Source: Podarcis filfolensis (taxonomy: Eukaryota). From it: DNA of 64,000 nt. Of the stretch, positions 21,835-64,000 are shown in pieces. The position numbers were made by a program, and so were the translations under genes. The notes below the pieces were generated by a model. The model saw nothing but the letters and a program-made list of their open reading frames with translations. It searched no databases and had not been told where the DNA came from. Position 1 is the stretch's first letter, and the number at the start of each line of letters is the position of its first letter. Location: the NCBI GenBank assembly GCA_964270895.1, contig OZ185444.1. One strand, 5' to 3'.

Positions 21835-24800
21835 TTTGGATTGCCATGCAAGGGCTTGCATTACAACTACCTGTAATTGAATGTTTTGTGTAATGTTTCA
21901 GTGAGATCAGTAATGTGTTAAAATGTGTGTTTGGCAATTAGAATTTGAAACCCCAAGGAATCATTGCTTGTCCATCCTATACAAGTCAGACTACTTACAC
22001 ATTCTCCTGAATAATCATGGATGTGCTCTGACCACTAATGTTGCCATAATTTACTGGTTTCAGTGGAAACATTCCAGAGTTAGGTCAGCCTCCGTTGCTG
22101 AGTATCTTTGCTAAGAAATGTGATAGAAGGAAAAAGAGAGTGAGATTATTTTTACCAACCTTCTTTGTCCCAAGAGGGTACTGGTATATGCTAAACCCAG
22201 AACTATGTTAAGTTTACAAATACTTTGAGGCCTGAAAGACATCAGATGCGCAAATGGAGTAGTCTTACAAGCTGCTTGTTTCAAGATAATTCAAAACTAT
22301 TATTGGCTATGCATAAAGAATCCTATGTAGTCTGCTTGTTCTCAAGTAAAAAATACCAGGTTAATTGAGCCACAAACTCATGGAAGCGTGGGGTATCTGA
22401 AATGTACAGGCAAGGTTCCCCATATGCTTGCTGTAGTTCGCAAAAATATAGACAGCGCAAGTTGACCAACCATGAGTTGGGTATTCGTTTTATCTTGGCT
22501 ACTGAAGTCCAGTCACAAGAACCTGAAGTTACTGGGGCAGGAACTGTATTTCAGAATGCTGAATCACAGTATAGGATTGGGATTTTTTCTAATCCTAGCT
22601 AAAGAAACCAGCTGCATGCAGGTGACTTGGCAAAAGGTTCAGTTTTTTATAAAGCCTTTCATTTTTTGATAAACTGTGAAGCAGATAGCACAGGCAATAG
22701 TTGATTCTATGGCCTGGGTTACTGCTTGGTTGGTAGTTTCTTGCAACCTTGTCTGCCTTTGAGAACTGAATCTTAACTATACAGAAAAATGCTCATTAAC
22801 ATCCTTTGGTTGGAAAGAAGTCTGTTTCACTGGTAAGTTCTGGCACTCTGTTCGTGGGTGAGTATAACTTGTGTGTGCTGCTGTACTTATTGGTAGTCTG
22901 GACAGGCAGGACTACTATACAAAGCAGCCTTGTACATAGCCCTGTGTGGGAGAAATCTCTTGCCAGTTCTAGTCCTCCCATGCTCCAAATAGGGCTTTTG
23001 CAGAGCTCTGCCAATTTTGAAGCAGCTGGGCTTTTTTCTCACCATCACTGGATTTTAGGTAGAAAAGGAGCCAGCAGAGAAACGTAGCTGGTTAACTGCA
23101 TTCATATGAGAAAGGATGACTACACCAAAATGCGTTAGTCTTGGTTCTGCAGCTACAGCATTTCCTAAGAGATTGTGCATGACTTTTCTGTACAGTATAA
23201 AATATAGTGCCAAACAATCGTATATACTATGCTTTTTGTCAGCTTTTGGATAAGATTGTTTTATTCATATCTCATCCTTTATTTCCTCACAGCTGTTCAT
23301 TTGCAGAACACTACAGGCTGTAACATTAAGCAACCCTAAACATGTATGTGCATGTACCTTTAAGTTGCAGGAAAGATTCATACAGCCTTCCTGCAGCTTA
23401 AGATACAGTATGTATTCCTGGCCCAAAAAAGTTCCTCCTGGGTTTTCAAATGTGAGTCTTTAGTGGGAACCAAACTCATAACTCACCATGGTGGTGGTGT
23501 TTTTTTAAAAAGAATAAACACCAAACTGCCTGTGTCTTTTTAAATAACTGGCTGTGTTTTGATAATTGCAGTTAATCGTAACCCTCCCCTCAAATTCATT
23601 GCTCACTTTTTAAAAAGGCTAGTATTTCCAGGTTAATACATACTGTGTAACATCACTTTTCAAACTCTGTATAGTTCTGTATTTCTTCTGCTTATTCTAG
23701 TTCACAGGATTAGGTTTTTGGCAAGGTATTACTAGCTACTTGTCTTTCATGATAGTGTACTTTCTGTCTCCCTTGGCACAGCAAATCTGAAGCAAACATC
23801 TCCAAGAAGAATGCAGTGGGAGAAACTTGTTCTCAAAAGTGCCTAAGAGGTTTTATTACAGCTCAAGGCATTTCAGAATTCATGTTCCTTCAGGAGCAAT
23901 CTTAAACTTTCACAATACAAATACTTCCTATCTGTCACCATGGTCTTCCTCATAGTGCCAGATAGGTAGCAATATTTGTGCAAGCTGCTTCACCTGCCTA
24001 ATGTTCACATTCTGTAGAATATTGCTTCTTGAGTAAAAGCTGACTTCCAAAACTAGTAAGTCCATGCTTTGTGGGGAAGAGTTTCTCCTTTTGTATTATT
24101 ACTGGCTTCTGTGCCTAGTTTGTTTCTAACTCATCCATGCTCAGTGGATCTGCAGTTCAACATCTGTGTTAGGATTATCACTGTCAGGATATCTTAAAAG
24201 GACATTTGTACTGATGCGGAGTGGGGAGCTCGCATTGGCAGAAGCAGCCCTGTCTCTGGTGGTGTCTCCTTGTCAAGGCAGAAGCTTTCAATGTGAAGCA
24301 ACCTCTATCTCCTAGCATTTCCACTTGCCAGGTTGTCTTTTCTGTCTGGGTTGTGTGTGTTGGATTTGTATTGAAAGAACATGGCTTCATGTATGAATGA
24401 CCAGCCCTACTGCTACACTAGCAACTGTTAACATGCATTTTAGTGTAAACCCATTAGCTAGCCTGCCCTACTCTCCCTGTGACATGTCTTCCCAGTTCTT
24501 GCTCTGTAAGAGAACTGTTTAATCTCTTGCCAATTTAATTGTAATGGGTGGATATTTGGGATGCTTTACCTGTAAACCTAATTTCAATGCTAATAAAGGA
24601 AATTGATTTTTCTTTGACACCGCGTTTTTGTTCAGAATAGAGAGGGGAGCTTAGCAAAGGTTAGCAGGTCTAAACCAAATGTACTAGAAGACAGAACTCC
24701 TTCCATGCTTTTAGTAGCTACACAGAAAGTAGAATACAATTGCAGGGGCCTTTCTTCTAGGCCCTTCAACATAGTGAGGAGAAGCTACCAGTGAAATATT

Positions 24801-24894
24801 CAGTTATGTATCCATACAAAGGTAGCTTACCAGGCCTTTCGAGGGCAGTAATGAAGTAGCTTGAGCTATACTTGGAAGCCATTTCCTCCTAGAC

Positions 24895-25031
24895 CAATGT
24901 TTCCCAAAGTTTGGTCTCCAGTTGTTTTTTGGACTACATTTCTCATCATCCCTGACCACTGGTCCTGCTAGCAAGGGATGGTGGGAGTTGTAGTCCAAAA
25001 ACAGCTGGACACCCAAGTTTGGGAAACTCTG
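24895..25031. mobile_element. Palindromic hAT-type MITE
   Basis: CAATGTTTCCCAAA / TTTGGGAAACTCTG ends; near 8-bp TSD tcctagac / ctctagac; internally inverted TGTTTTTGGACTACA / TGTAGTCCAAAAACA. Confidence 0.8.
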
Positions 25032-25672
25032 CTCTAGACTCATAAGAGCTATGGATGCTGTTATAAAACCAATAAAAACCTCAAGACACCCATTTCCTTT
25101 TCTGCTTGAGAGAGCCCAGCCGCTGGTGTTTAAAGCCCGTCACTTCCGTGGTAAAATGTAATGAAAGGATCCGTTCTGCCTCCTCGTCCTTTTAATATAT
25201 CCGAAATTATAATGCCCAGTTCCGTGGTTTTTGCCGAGTTCTGCAGTCCCAAACCTTACACGGGCATCCGCTCAGCGCCTGCCGTCGGGAAATGGGTTTA
25301 TATGGGAATGGTCCTCCCAAGCGGCAGGCGGCGCCCTTCCTGCCCAGGAGCCTGTCTGTCGACCGTTACAGGAAGCCGTTGAAGCCGGCATGGCGAGTGA
25401 AAAATGTTGAAGAGTCCTTGCCTCTCTGTACGAAGAGGTCTAAGCGGCGGCCCCCGCAGGCCAGGCTTCCATTGCCCTTTGGCTTCTCTGCTTTGGAAAC
25501 ATGAAGGCCCGTGTGAGCCTCAGGCGGCTTCTCGCCTCAAACAGGCGTTGCCACAAATCCCGCCCCCTCCGCTTTCATTGCCTTGATTATTCCACTTCCG
25601 GCTCCGGGTCACGAGCTTCCGGGGAGCGGGAAGACTCAAGAAGGGGCAACCAGCCTGCCGCTCGCCTCCGAG

Positions 25673-49233
<23,561 letters not shown>

Positions 49234-49460
49234 TTCCACCATTCTAGGTTATAAAAATGTTGAATGGTGGCACAAGTAAATGTAAGGTTGGGCCCAAAGG
49301 TTCTCATACTCCAGGTGAAAGGGGAAGGAAACCTTTGATTCAACGCACAAAGTTTGGCATAGAATTTTTGTTTTAAAGATGTTGCAGTGCATTGACACTA
49401 GCAAAATGACTTTCTATGTATGTAAAATGACAAACCGTTTTGACATTTGTATTTTTTTCC

Positions 49461-49466
49461 AATAAA
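49461..49466 (+). terminator. Polyadenylation signal, NUP107
   Basis: AATAAA about 230 nt after the stop, preceded by TGTA and a T-rich tract. Confidence 0.8.
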
Positions 49467-50512
49467 ATTTGAAATGGCTGGTTTACTAGGAAATAAGTAT
49501 CTTTAGCACATAAATGTGCAAAATGCACTATAAATACATGCCTCTTGTTTGCTAGATCACATGGTTAAACCTTCACAGCTGTTCATGAGTACAGCTTACT
49601 GTCTTCCAGGTAAAAATCCTGTTGCCTGTGCGCCTTTTCTCAGAACAGAAGCCCTTTCTCCATATTCAGCCTGACAACCAAAGGCTTTGTGTGACTTTCA
49701 AGTGAGAGTGAAGCATTCCAGATATATACATGTATTTATAGAGAACACTGCTGTTTAAAACAATGGAGGCTTAGGATACAAGCATCACTGGGATTCCAGC
49801 CTTAGTGTCGGGCTACTTACTTGACAGAATTTCTGATTATCAAGAAAAAGTACCCATAATCCATTGCAAGGACAGATTGAAAATTTAGGGTGCAACCCTA
49901 GCTCACACCACTTCCCAGTGGGGCTTACTGGAGTTTGGAGCACCACACTGGCAGCCCTGCCGAGCATGCTAGCTGGGAAAGGAGGTGAGGAGGCAGGCAC
50001 ACCAGCTTGGAGCTGGCATAGCACTTTGGCTCAGTGCTGTCAAGATCCTGAAGTGGCTCAGTCCTTAGGCCCTGCCCCTGGAGTGCCTTGTGGGGGGGGG
50101 TCTATTTGCTGCTGGTGGGGAAGGGATAGGGCTGTGAAATGAATGGTTCCTACAGTTTCCATAATTGGTGAGAAATGGTTTAAACTGGCCATCCTGTTTG
50201 CTTAACAAAAGGGTGAAAGATTTTTGATAGTAAACCATTATTTGAACCTGACCATCTCTGTCCACAGTCTCATTGAGTTGAGTATCCTGTACTTGACAAC
50301 TAAATTTGCATGTGTTAATCCTTAAGTCGGATGTGTGTGAACTCAGGATATTCCCGAATGCCTTTCAGCAGGGAGCTGGACTCAGGCTTGTTCCACAGTC
50401 ACCAAAACTCATCATGGAAGGTCTCATACCATATTAGAGTTATGTCAACCGTATGCCATGATCTACTGAGATAAACTATATAAATTCAGATTAACACACC
50501 TCACACTGTTAA

Positions 50513-50657
50513 TTCATAGACTCATAGAACTGTAAGTTGGAAGGGACCCCAAGAGCCATCTAGTCTAACCTACAATTCAGGAATCTTTTTGCCCAGTGTG
50601 GGGCTCAAACCCATGACCCTGAGATTAGGAATCGCCTGCTCTACCAATTGAGCAACT
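50513..50657 (-). mobile_element. tRNA-Lys-headed SINE with CR1-type tail (degenerate)
   Basis: Reverse complement resembles the 31195 copy. Confidence 0.75.
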
Positions 50658-51369
50658 ACAGGCAAACATAATTCCATTTGATAATGGAAACAACGTGGAC
50701 TCTGCTAGAATACTGTTAGGTTTATTTATATCTCACATTTTGCTCCAGACAGGGATAAGGATATGACAAAATCTATTGCAGCCCCCAAAAAATTGTTTTT
50801 CTAGTTCACCAACGTTGTTGCCTACAAGTCTCATTATAAACACAAAATGACTGGTAGGTGCCAGTGAGTGTGTATATTTATGCAGACAACTTGTATTGTT
50901 GTAAGCCAAAAGGACCATACCCTCAAATTTTGCTATTTCTTCAGTAATCCCTCTAATAATGACCTTGAGTAGTAGAGTGCCTATCAGTTTGGAAATAAAG
51001 AGACCTATTTAAGTATAGGTAAATATATATATTTAATATATAAGTGTGTGTGTGTGTGTACACACACATACCTATATATACATATATATATATAAAAAAC
51101 AACAACAGCCTGATATGGACCGGTGCCCTTCCAAATTGTTCCTAGCAATTCAGCCCATGGAAATGCCTTCAGTATTTTCTCTCCTACCCCATTGCCTGGA
51201 GCTGGAAGATTCTGCAATGCCTGAAGCAACCTCTCAGCTTGAGACCCTCCAGCTTCTTTTGGACATCCTGACCCAATGGTCAGGACAGATGGGAGTTGGG
51301 GGGGGGGGATCTGGAAGGCCGCTATAAAATAACAAATACATCTTAAAGAGTTTCAGCCATGCACCACCT

Positions 51370-58404
<7,035 letters not shown>

Positions 58405-61400
58405 AACAAGTGCTGATATGGATGGTGAATGAGTCATTTTAATATGCACTAGTTTTGAAACAAGCAAAATAAGGAAATAGATGCGCCCAGTTGCTGTTAA
58501 GGAAGTGCATTTCTGTTATTTTTATATAAAGGATCAGTTTTTTAAAAAACCAAGCACTACAAAAACTCAATTTCTACAATCTTGGCCTGTCATTTTTTTT
58601 CTATTCTGTTAAGTGATTTCTATATTTAAAATATGGTTCATAACTACAGTGGCAATTCTAAGAGAACTCAACTGTTTCATACCAAATGGACTCATCAAGT
58701 TAGATGTGACATTAATTGCCAAAGGAATTCATTCTGCCCTTTTGATTATGTCAGTATTACCATTTCTAGAAAGGAGGCTGTCTGCTGATAATGTGAAGTC
58801 AAATGAACATTGTATCTTCTTGATCTGGTAAAGAATGGAAAATCAAATTTTGTTTTTGTTTGTTTTTTCTTGTATTTTTTTTTGAATGAAATATTGTATA
58901 ACATAATCATGCATAGATTTATTTTTAACAATCCAATAGAAAGCATTTGTTTCTGAGAATTAGATTTTCTTCATTTACAGTTAAGCAAAATTACAGTATT
59001 CTAGTATTATTAAGACACCTAAAACAGTCTGATCCTTTGCAGCATGATCAGATTTTTAAACTCTTTAAAAATATAACTGGCTGCAGGGCTGGCTCCTGTA
59101 ATCTGAAATGCTTTTCTTCATGCCCACCTTTAAGGGTCCTAGAATTTTTCATAGAAGAGGGTGGATTCCTTAGTCAACCACCTTGGGCCAGTATGGGTAT
59201 AGTATTTCCTGTTCCTGAACTGAGTTTGTGTACTTCTCCCAAGTTTGTGTAATGCCCCCTATCCATCCCCAAGCTTTAAGCATGATTAAGAATTGCATCT
59301 ATACCAGGGTCAACCATGGCTAATGCCAAGAAGCATTTGGTAAATAACCATGATTTTTAATCAGTTTCAGTTCTTGGGTTTCAACTGCTGGTTAAGATTA
59401 ACCCAGGGTAAAGTTAACAATGTTGACAATTAAGCAGTAGGAGGATTTGCTTTAGGGGGCGGGGGGAACTAGTAGGGTGGCAATTAAGATCCTCAGGTCC
59501 CTTAACATAATTAAGGGATTCAGTCTGCTCCAGCCTCTTATAATAGAACTACATGGGGTTGAACAGGAAGATGGGAATGCTTCCAGACAATTGCAGATTA
59601 TGTCTTAACTGACAAATCAAGATTTCTGCAAAAATTTTAAGTCAGGCGGTAAAGCCTTTCAGGAGGGGAAAAAACTATGGAAAAGACTGAAACTGTAAGC
59701 CTGAGATGTAAAACTAGAAGATTGTGATTTCAAAAAGAAATTTGCTTTGAAAGGGTATATAGTTTTTGCCTCATAAGCTACAAAATTCATTTGATAAATA
59801 CATTAAAAGTTTGTTTGTTTGTTTGTTTGTAAAAAACGCCTTGTATGATCAAAAGCAGAACTTCATATACTGCCTGTATTTTATTTCTGTCTATGTAGTT
59901 TTAGGAAGACGTGACCAAGAACAAATAACTGAATTCTGCAACTCCTGTAAAATGAACTGTATACTAATTTCTTTTGATAAAAGTGTCTCTTCACAACTAT
60001 GATGCAAATCTTAGATCCCAAATTCTTTCAGTGATTTGAGCAATACGATGTAGAAACAACCACCTCAGAAAAGGGCCAGTGTTCAATGATTATTCAGTTC
60101 TCAAATGTTTTGGTTGTGTTTGTAGCCCAAACCCTTCAGTAGCCTAATATACCGGGGGGGGGGTCCTCTATTTTGATAGACCATTTCATTTCATGTCTAA
60201 CAGTTTTAGATACTTTACAAAATTAGTTACTTTCTTAAATATCTGTAATTAGTGTTAAAAATAGGCTGCAGAAAAATATGTTCAGAACAGCATGATCTTG
60301 AAGTGCGTATTGTTCCAATGTATGCACTGACAAAATAATTTTGCACTAATTTTGTGCTGTGCACAAGCTTTTCTGAAAGATAAATACACCACAAGGATCC
60401 GTTTAATTAAAACAAAAGACTAATTCAGATGCCTTTATAAAGACACAAAGTAGCCTCTAACAACGTGGATTCAAGAGGTATAATGTTCCTGCAAGTCAAT
60501 TCTGTGTCTGAAAAGGTAGCATAAAATGGTTAAACTCTCTATCTCATTCAACTGTAACATGGTTTGAAGTTGTAGGATATTACTGTAAATACAGTGTACA
60601 ATAAGAATGTATAAGGTACAAATGGCGCTGAACGCTGGAGTTGGTCTTCTCAGTGGCAGAAAATGTAAATGAAATGCACAAACTAAGAACCCAAATGTAC
60701 GCATCCTGTAGTTAGAATGAAGAGAGGTTTTATTTAAATTCTTGGTTTCGCTGATTGAATAAAAGAGTTCTTAATTATTAGCCTTGCCTAAGGACTTTCT
60801 TTGAAACAGTATAATTTGTCTCCCTTTTAAGTTTTTTAAGAGCTATGGATATGGTGGTGGTGCTTTCATTTAAGAGAACAGTATTGTTAAAGGTTGCTGC
60901 CTCTACAATGCAAAACTATTATTACGTGCACTTCTGCAATTCTATATCTGATGTTCCCCTATATATATTTCATAATCATAGGATGAGAAGTTATGAGTCA
61001 TATGCTCACTTTGCCATAAACAGATTTCTAACCATTCCACTAGTGCAAAATTGACATCTTGTCTTCCCAATCTTTATCAAAAACTTGTACATCTCAGCTC
61101 TGTTCTGCACTTTGTTTTGGTTGTACATTAACCATAAATACTAGAGGCACTACACTTTCCTGTTGAATCAGATCTCTGTCTTAGAGACACACAGGCCTCT
61201 TTCATAAGAAGAGAAGCAACCTACATTCCTTAATGTCTTACTGCCTGGTGCAAATGTTTAGAATGTATGAGGCAGAAAATATACTTAAGGCACATTGCAC
61301 ATTTTACCTACTGTAATTTACCAAATTCCTCATGGCCACAAACACCGTTAAACTCCCTCTGAGCTGTCCTGAGGTTATGAAGCTTAGACTTCCAAAGACG

Positions 61401-61951
61401 GAGATGATTGCCTCTCCTGTTGCTATGTCCAGCTAACCTCATTAGTCTCTGTTCCTTCACTGCTGGGTTTTGTGGAAGGTGAGTTAGTGTGTATTTCCCA
61501 GGTTAGAGAGTGGATTGGAGGAGTGGTTCAATGAAGTATAAAAACAGTAAGCATGGGGAGCGAGGTGATGAATTGAGTTGTGGGGAAATCTCTGGAATTT
61601 GCTTCAGAAATTAAGAATTAGGGAACTGAATCCCCATCTAACATGGGTCAAAGCCCATGATGGGTTGGGGGTTTGGGAATCCAAGTGAATTGAGCCTGAT
61701 GTTATAGGACACAATAAATATTTGGAATCAGATGTCAGTACAAATGACATGATTACGCACCCAATTAAATACGTGGCACTTTTCCACTATTTTACCTAAT
61801 CTACTTGATGCACTTATTAGAATAGAGTGTGCTCCTAATGTGTTTCTCTTCAGCTTTGTTTGGGAAATTTGTCTATGGATTTGTCTATGGATTTGTTCAT
61901 GGATCCCTTGTGAAACTCAGCTGTTTAATCAACCTTGCCAGTAACTTGTTT

Positions 61952-61954
<3 letters not shown>

Positions 61955-61982
<28 letters not shown>

Positions 61983-62042
61983 GAATTTATACCCCGCCCA
62001 TCTGGCTGGGTTTCCCCAGCCACTCTGGGCGGCTTCCAACAA

Positions 62043-62077
<35 letters not shown>
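61955..62077 (-). mobile_element. 60-bp L2 3' UTR fragment between inverted (TAA)n and (ATT)n tracts
   Basis: ATACCCCGCCCATCTGGCTG..CCCCAGCCACTCT..GCTTCCAAC shared with the 4376 copy. Confidence 0.75.
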
Positions 62078-62128
62078 GCATCAGAGTAGGATTATCTGAT
62101 CTGCAACTCTTGAGTATACTGATTTACT

Positions 62129-62493
62129 GGGACGCAGGTGGCACTGTGGTCTAAACCAGAGCCTCTTGGGCTTGCTGATTGGAAGGTCGGGTCAAATCCC
62201 CACAATGGGGTGAGCTCCTGTTGCTCTGTCCCAGCTCCTGCCAACCTAGCAGTTCAAAAGCATGCCAGTGCAAATAGATAAATAGGTACTGCTGTGGCAG
62301 GAAGGTAAATGGCGTTTCCATGCACTCTGGTTTCTGTCACGGTGTTCCGTTGCGCCAGAAGCGGTTTAGTCATGACCCGGAAAGCTATCTGTGGACAAAC
62401 ACTGGCTCCCTCAGCCTGAAAGCAAGATGAGTGCCGCAACCCCATAATCACCTTTGACTGGACTTTACTGTCCAGGGGTCCTTTACCTTTTAC
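62129..62493 (+). mobile_element. Sauria SINE, full length, diverged
   Basis: GGGACGCAGGTGGCACTGTGG head, body similar to 34931, CCTTTACCTTT tail. Confidence 0.88.
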
Positions 62494-62579
62494 ATTTTAA
62501 CTCACAATACCTTTGCCTCCTGTTGCTATCCTTTCACCTGTACAAATAGTTGAAAACTGCACAATCATGCATGACATGG

Positions 62580-62640
62580 ACTCGAGTTTGCATGGCTTAT
62601 GCTTGGGTACTCGAGTTTGCATGGCTTATGCTTGGGTACT
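62580..62640. repeat. Perfect 29-bp tandem duplication
   Basis: ACTCGAGTTTGCATGGCTTATGCTTGGGT x2 + ACT. Confidence 0.95.
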
Positions 62641-63171
62641 GTGTGCCCTTAGGGTAACACTAAAGCAAGCACACTGTCACCATGGTGGTTTTCCACTGGA
62701 GATATGCCAAAATGAGGAGTGTTCATTATGTTACAAGCAACTTTAGTACTTTTAGTGATTGGTGGGTAACTATGCTTAAGTAACTAGCAATTCTCTCTCA
62801 ATTCACTGACTTTGTTTTCATGTCTTGTTTCCACAAGATGCCAATTTGTTCAGAAAGTTAACTTCCTCATTGACAACATGACTGCTGGGGGTTTTTAAAA
62901 AGCAAAAACATCTTAATAATTTCTGAAATGCCGTTTAGCCTGGTGTGTGACTTAGCTGGGACAGCACTTTTTTTTTTAAGACCTTGTGACTTCTTTCACA
63001 AGCTATAGCCTTCAGCATTCTGTTTGCAGAAGCAATATAATTTGTTGCCCCACCTTCCAACTTCCTCCTTTAAAATCCTATTTCAAAAGTAAGCTAGTTT
63101 TTCCAACTTGATAAAATCTCAAGGGCTGCTGGGGGAAAGGGCAGAGGTAAGAAGAACACTTGCCCATAATT

Positions 63172-63324
63172 GAGCCTGGCGCAATGGGTCAGTATGTTGC
63201 GGTTAACCAGAAGGTTGGTGGTTCAGTCCCACCCAGGGATGGCTGTGGGCAGAATTTCTGCATTGCAGGGGGTTGGACTATATGACCATTGGGATCCATA
63301 CCCTACAATTCAATGTTTCTATGA
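63172..63324 (+). mobile_element. tRNA-Asn(GTT)-headed SINE with CR1-type tail
   Basis: TGGCGCAATGGGTCAG..GTTAACCAGAAGGTTGGTGGTTCAGTCCCACCCAGGGA head plus CTGCATTGCAGGGGGTTGGACTA tail. Confidence 0.75.
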
Positions 63325-64000
63325 ATGTTGGCTGATAAGGGCTAATGAGGTGAGTCATGAACAGGTTTTAAACGGAACTAAAAAAGTACAAGTATGGGGT
63401 ATCATTTCTCGTTCTAATTTTGCATTCTCCCTGTTCTAGCTGCCCCATCCCCTTTTTATCCGTATAACCTAGTTTGTTTTGGATGTAGTGTTTGCACAGT
63501 GTTCATGTCTAACCTGAACCTGCTAGAAGTGTGGTCATTGTCTTTGGGAATCAACTTTTGCTAACCATTAGCAGATATTGACTGTTTGGGGCATACTACC
63601 TGCTCCTTCTCTCTTTAGCTGATGATAGCACAATTACACTGCAGTCGTCTGCACTGTCTACTCAAAAGTATTTCCCACTGAATGCAGTGGGGCTTACTTT
63701 AAGGAAACTAGGTGCAGGATTGCAACCTTAATTAAGCCAACAGGCAGCAGCCTACATGATCTCAGGCAAGGGGGATTATGGAGGGTGTAGACATTTATTA
63801 AACAATTCTATACATTGTTCCATAGAGAAATTAAACTTTCCCTTGTTTTTATTAAGGCTAGAGTGAAGGCTTAAATGATGAAGAAAGGTGTGTGGGGGGA
63901 TCCATGCCTCCATTAGAACCAGACAAACAGGTAAGAGGGAGCAGGGTGGATTCCCTGGAGAGCATATATAGTGTGGTGCTTTGGGCGACATAAGGGCGCA

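Larger units (their letters stand above)
20619..21865 (+). other. RAP1B: RAP1B non-coding last exon (3' UTR)
   Basis: tttctctttatgttccag acceptor. Sequence GTCTGAAGAACTGTTG...CAATAAATTTGGATTGCCATGCAAGGGCTTGCATT recognised from memory as the conserved mammalian RAP1B 3' UTR. 3' end is approximate. Confidence 0.85.

Noticed and set aside
58405-61000. SLC35E3 poly(A) site (ATTAAA 59802, AATAAA 60758)
   Set aside because: Several weak candidates in AT-rich sequence; cannot choose without 3'-end data.

Overview
Squamate genomic DNA, most likely a lacertid lizard (Podarcis/Lacerta-like, judged from Sauria SINE, BovB and MITE content). It carries the vertebrate syntenic block RAP1B - NUP107 - SLC35E3, all on the + strand. 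RAP1B: exons 2-8 are present, exon 1 lies upstream of the window, the CDS is complete at 184 aa, and a 221-nt N gap falls in the 3' UTR. NUP107: 28 exons, 917 aa. SLC35E3: 5 exons, 309 aa. NUP107 and SLC35E3 each have a CpG-island promoter and each contains one U12-type (minor spliceosome) intron. Introns are dense in lizard TEs: TA-flanked Tc1/mariner-type MITEs, hAT MITEs, Sauria SINEs, BovB and L2 fragments, tRNA-headed CR1-tail SINEs and a short fold-back family. I found no prokaryotic, viral or CRISPR system and no novel protein-coding gene. The best leads are candidate U2-type cassette exons inside both U12 introns, a recursive-splice-type exon start in NUP107, one SINE tail joined to three different tRNA heads, a BovB fragment fused into a MITE terminus by microhomology, and pre-miRNA-sized hairpins. 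Comparisons to human proteins, UTRs and TE consensuses are from memory, not from searches; exon frames and lengths were checked by hand.
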